NCBI GenBank assembly: GCA_020440705.1
Contig: JAGRNP010000003.1
Coordinates: 10,076 to 74,075, forward strand
DNA from: a bacterium
Lineage (GTDB): Bacteria > Krumholzibacteriota > Krumholzibacteriia > LZORAL124-64-63
Reading direction: 5' to 3'
Length of the DNA stretch: 64,000 nucleotides
In this document: positions 62,824 through 64,000 of the stretch, piece by piece
How the letters are laid out: every line of letters begins with the position of its first letter
Numbering within the stretch: position 1 is the first letter of the stretch
Notes under the pieces: model-generated
What the model was told of the DNA's origin: nothing
The model's input: only the letters and a program-made list of their open reading frames with translations
The model's database searches: none
Translations under genes and position numbers: made by a program

Positions 62824-63150
62824 ATGTCCGATCTGCGAGATTTCACCGACGCCGACTTCGACACCGAGGTCATCGCCAGCGAGCAGCCGGTGCTCGTCGA
62901 CTTCTGGGCCACCTGGTGCGGCCCGTGCAAGGCGCTGACACCGACCATCGAGAAACTCGCCGGGGAGTTCGCCGGCCGGATGGTCGTCGGGAAGATGGAC
63001 ATCCAGAACAATCCGCAGGCCGCCGCGCGGTTCGGCATCCGGTCGATCCCGGCGCTGCTGTTCTTCAGGAACGGCCAGGTGGTCGACACGCTGATGGGCG
63101 GGCAGCCCGAAGACCGTATCCGCGAGCGGATGGAGCAGGTGCTCGGGTAG
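62824..63150 (+). CDS. trxA: Thioredoxin
   Basis: WCGPC active site (DFWATWCGPCKAL), 108 aa from MSDLRDF; alternative upstream ATG 62779. Confidence 0.9.
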   Translation: MSDLRDFTDADFDTEVIASEQPVLVDFWATWCGPCKALTPTIEKLAGEFAGRMVVGKMDIQNNPQAAARFGIRSIPALLFFRNGQVVDTLMGGQPEDRIRERMEQVLG

Positions 63151-63315
63151 CGGACCGGGCCGCAGGCCCGAGGGGCGCACGGCGCCCGCCATGGCCGACA
63201 AGGCCTTACTTAACATAATATACATTATGCGCAATACTTGAAACAGGGGCCGCAAACCGCTCCGCCGGGTCGGGTTGGCGGTTTCCGGCCGGGCGGGAAT
63301 CGTTGGGCGGGCGGA

Positions 63316-63714
63316 CTATTCGACGGGAACGCGGTCGGCCAGTTCGTCCAGGTACGGCACCCGCCACTCTTCACCGAAGAGCGCCTTGATGAAGCCCAGG
63401 ACGGACACCGACAGGGCGGCCAGGAAGAAAACCAGGCGCAGCACGATGACCAGGATGAAGCCCAGGATGGGCACCTGCCCCAGGGTGGCGTCGATGATGA
63501 GGATGAAGACGACCCCGACGATCTCGGCGAAGAGCAGGGCGAATCCCTGGCGGCAGTGGCGGCTGAGGAAGGCGCTGCGGTCCTTGGCGAGGATCGCGAT
63601 GAAGACGAAGACGGACAGGTAGCAGATGGCCCCCAGCCAGCGGTCGCGCACGCTGGGCTCGCCGCCCGGGCCGAACGCTTCGGACGGGTTCTCGTGGATC
63701 TCGCCGTGGTCCAT
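63316..63714 (-). CDS. DUF4870-like small membrane protein
   Basis: 132 aa, 3-4 TM helices (ICYLSVFVFIAILA..., GFILVIVLRLVFFLAAL...); domain assignment from memory. Confidence 0.45.
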   Translation of the reverse strand: MDHGEIHENPSEAFGPGGEPSVRDRWLGAICYLSVFVFIAILAKDRSAFLSRHCRQGFALLFAEIVGVVFILIIDATLGQVPILGFILVIVLRLVFFLAALSVSVLGFIKALFGEEWRVPYLDELADRVPVE

Positions 63715-63844
63715 GATCTCCTCCGCGGCCGCCTGCGGGCGGCCGACGTGTCGGGTGCGACGCCGGTCGGGCTTCCGGCTGTCATTCTAACGGGTTTTCC
63801 GGGATCGGCAACGTCGGACTGCCGACCCTTCGAAAGGTGACGAC

Positions 63845-64000
63845 GTGTTCTGGCGACGCCGCTCCCGATGGGCCGATGTGGACTACCTGGACCTGGTGCC
63901 GGTGCCGCGCTGCGAGGCCGAAATCGACCCGGCGACGGGCCGCGTCGTGGTCCTGAAGCCCCGCTTCGCCGATCCGCTCGGCCGCAGGCTCATCCAGCCC
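63845..64000 (+). CDS. Hypothetical protein, N-terminal 52 codons (runs off window end)
   Basis: GTG start, open frame to window edge, high GC3: VFWRRRSRWADVDYLDLVPVPRCEAEIDPATGRVVVLKPRF... Confidence 0.3.
   Translation, partial: MFWRRRSRWADVDYLDLVPVPRCEAEIDPATGRVVVLKPRFADPLGRRLIQP

Overview
Chromosomal segment of about 68% GC, almost all core/housekeeping genes and overwhelmingly on the + strand. I found no transposases, integrases, CRISPR arrays or recognisable defence systems. The six-frame track is dominated by long antisense 'shadow' ORFs (up to 1019 aa) caused by the GC content, and I reject them below.

Gene order, left to right:
- obg (3' part), dprA, and an ABC-2 exporter (ATPase plus two permeases).
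- DUF3467 gene on the - strand.
- Split ADP-heptose genes: hldE kinase domain and hldE adenylyltransferase domain as separate, overlapping genes.
- A COG2403-family P-loop protein.
- sucC, sucD, ndk.
- yceD, rpmF, plsX, fabD, fabG, acpP, fabF (no fabH), then rnc.
- A secreted TPR protein with a translationally coupled secreted hypothetical.
- An ECF sigma / anti-sigma pair, then a DUF4837-like lipoprotein, an outer-membrane beta-barrel and an orphan ParA-like ATPase.
- MBL-fold hydrolase and myo-inositol-1-phosphate synthase on the - strand.
- Glycan locus I: priming sugar transferase, Gfo/Idh/MocA oxidoreductase, GT4, then GT4 and GT2, with a tRNA-Gly/Cys/Leu cluster in the middle.
- Solitary dnaK, a roughly 490 nt low-GC leader, and a short-form (Bacteroidota-type) primary sigma factor.
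- tRNA-Val, then thrS, infC (non-AUG start), rpmI, rplT, pheS, pheT.
- zapB-like, zapA, rny.
- folD, ispA, a YuiD/PAP2-like membrane protein, dxs, nadK, recN, and tRNA-Arg.
- Glycan locus II: two small membrane ORFs, nucleotide-sugar dehydrogenase plus 4-epimerase, Wza-like exporter, flippase-like gene (- strand), priming sugar transferase, a strong intrinsic terminator, and a sigma-54-dependent NtrC-family response regulator.
- That regulator is coupled to an lptE-like gene and holA, followed by trxA and a DUF4870-like membrane protein (- strand).

The short RpoD plus DUF4837 plus high GC suggest an FCB-group organism (Gemmatimonadota-like); this is inference only.

The most unusual material:
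- The ECF / DUF4837 / OMP / orphan-ParA envelope module.
- The tRNA cluster embedded in a glycosyltransferase operon.
- The MIPS-linked glycan locus.
- The sigma-54-regulated EPS locus with an orphan regulator.
- A possible structured RNA in the zapA-rny spacer.
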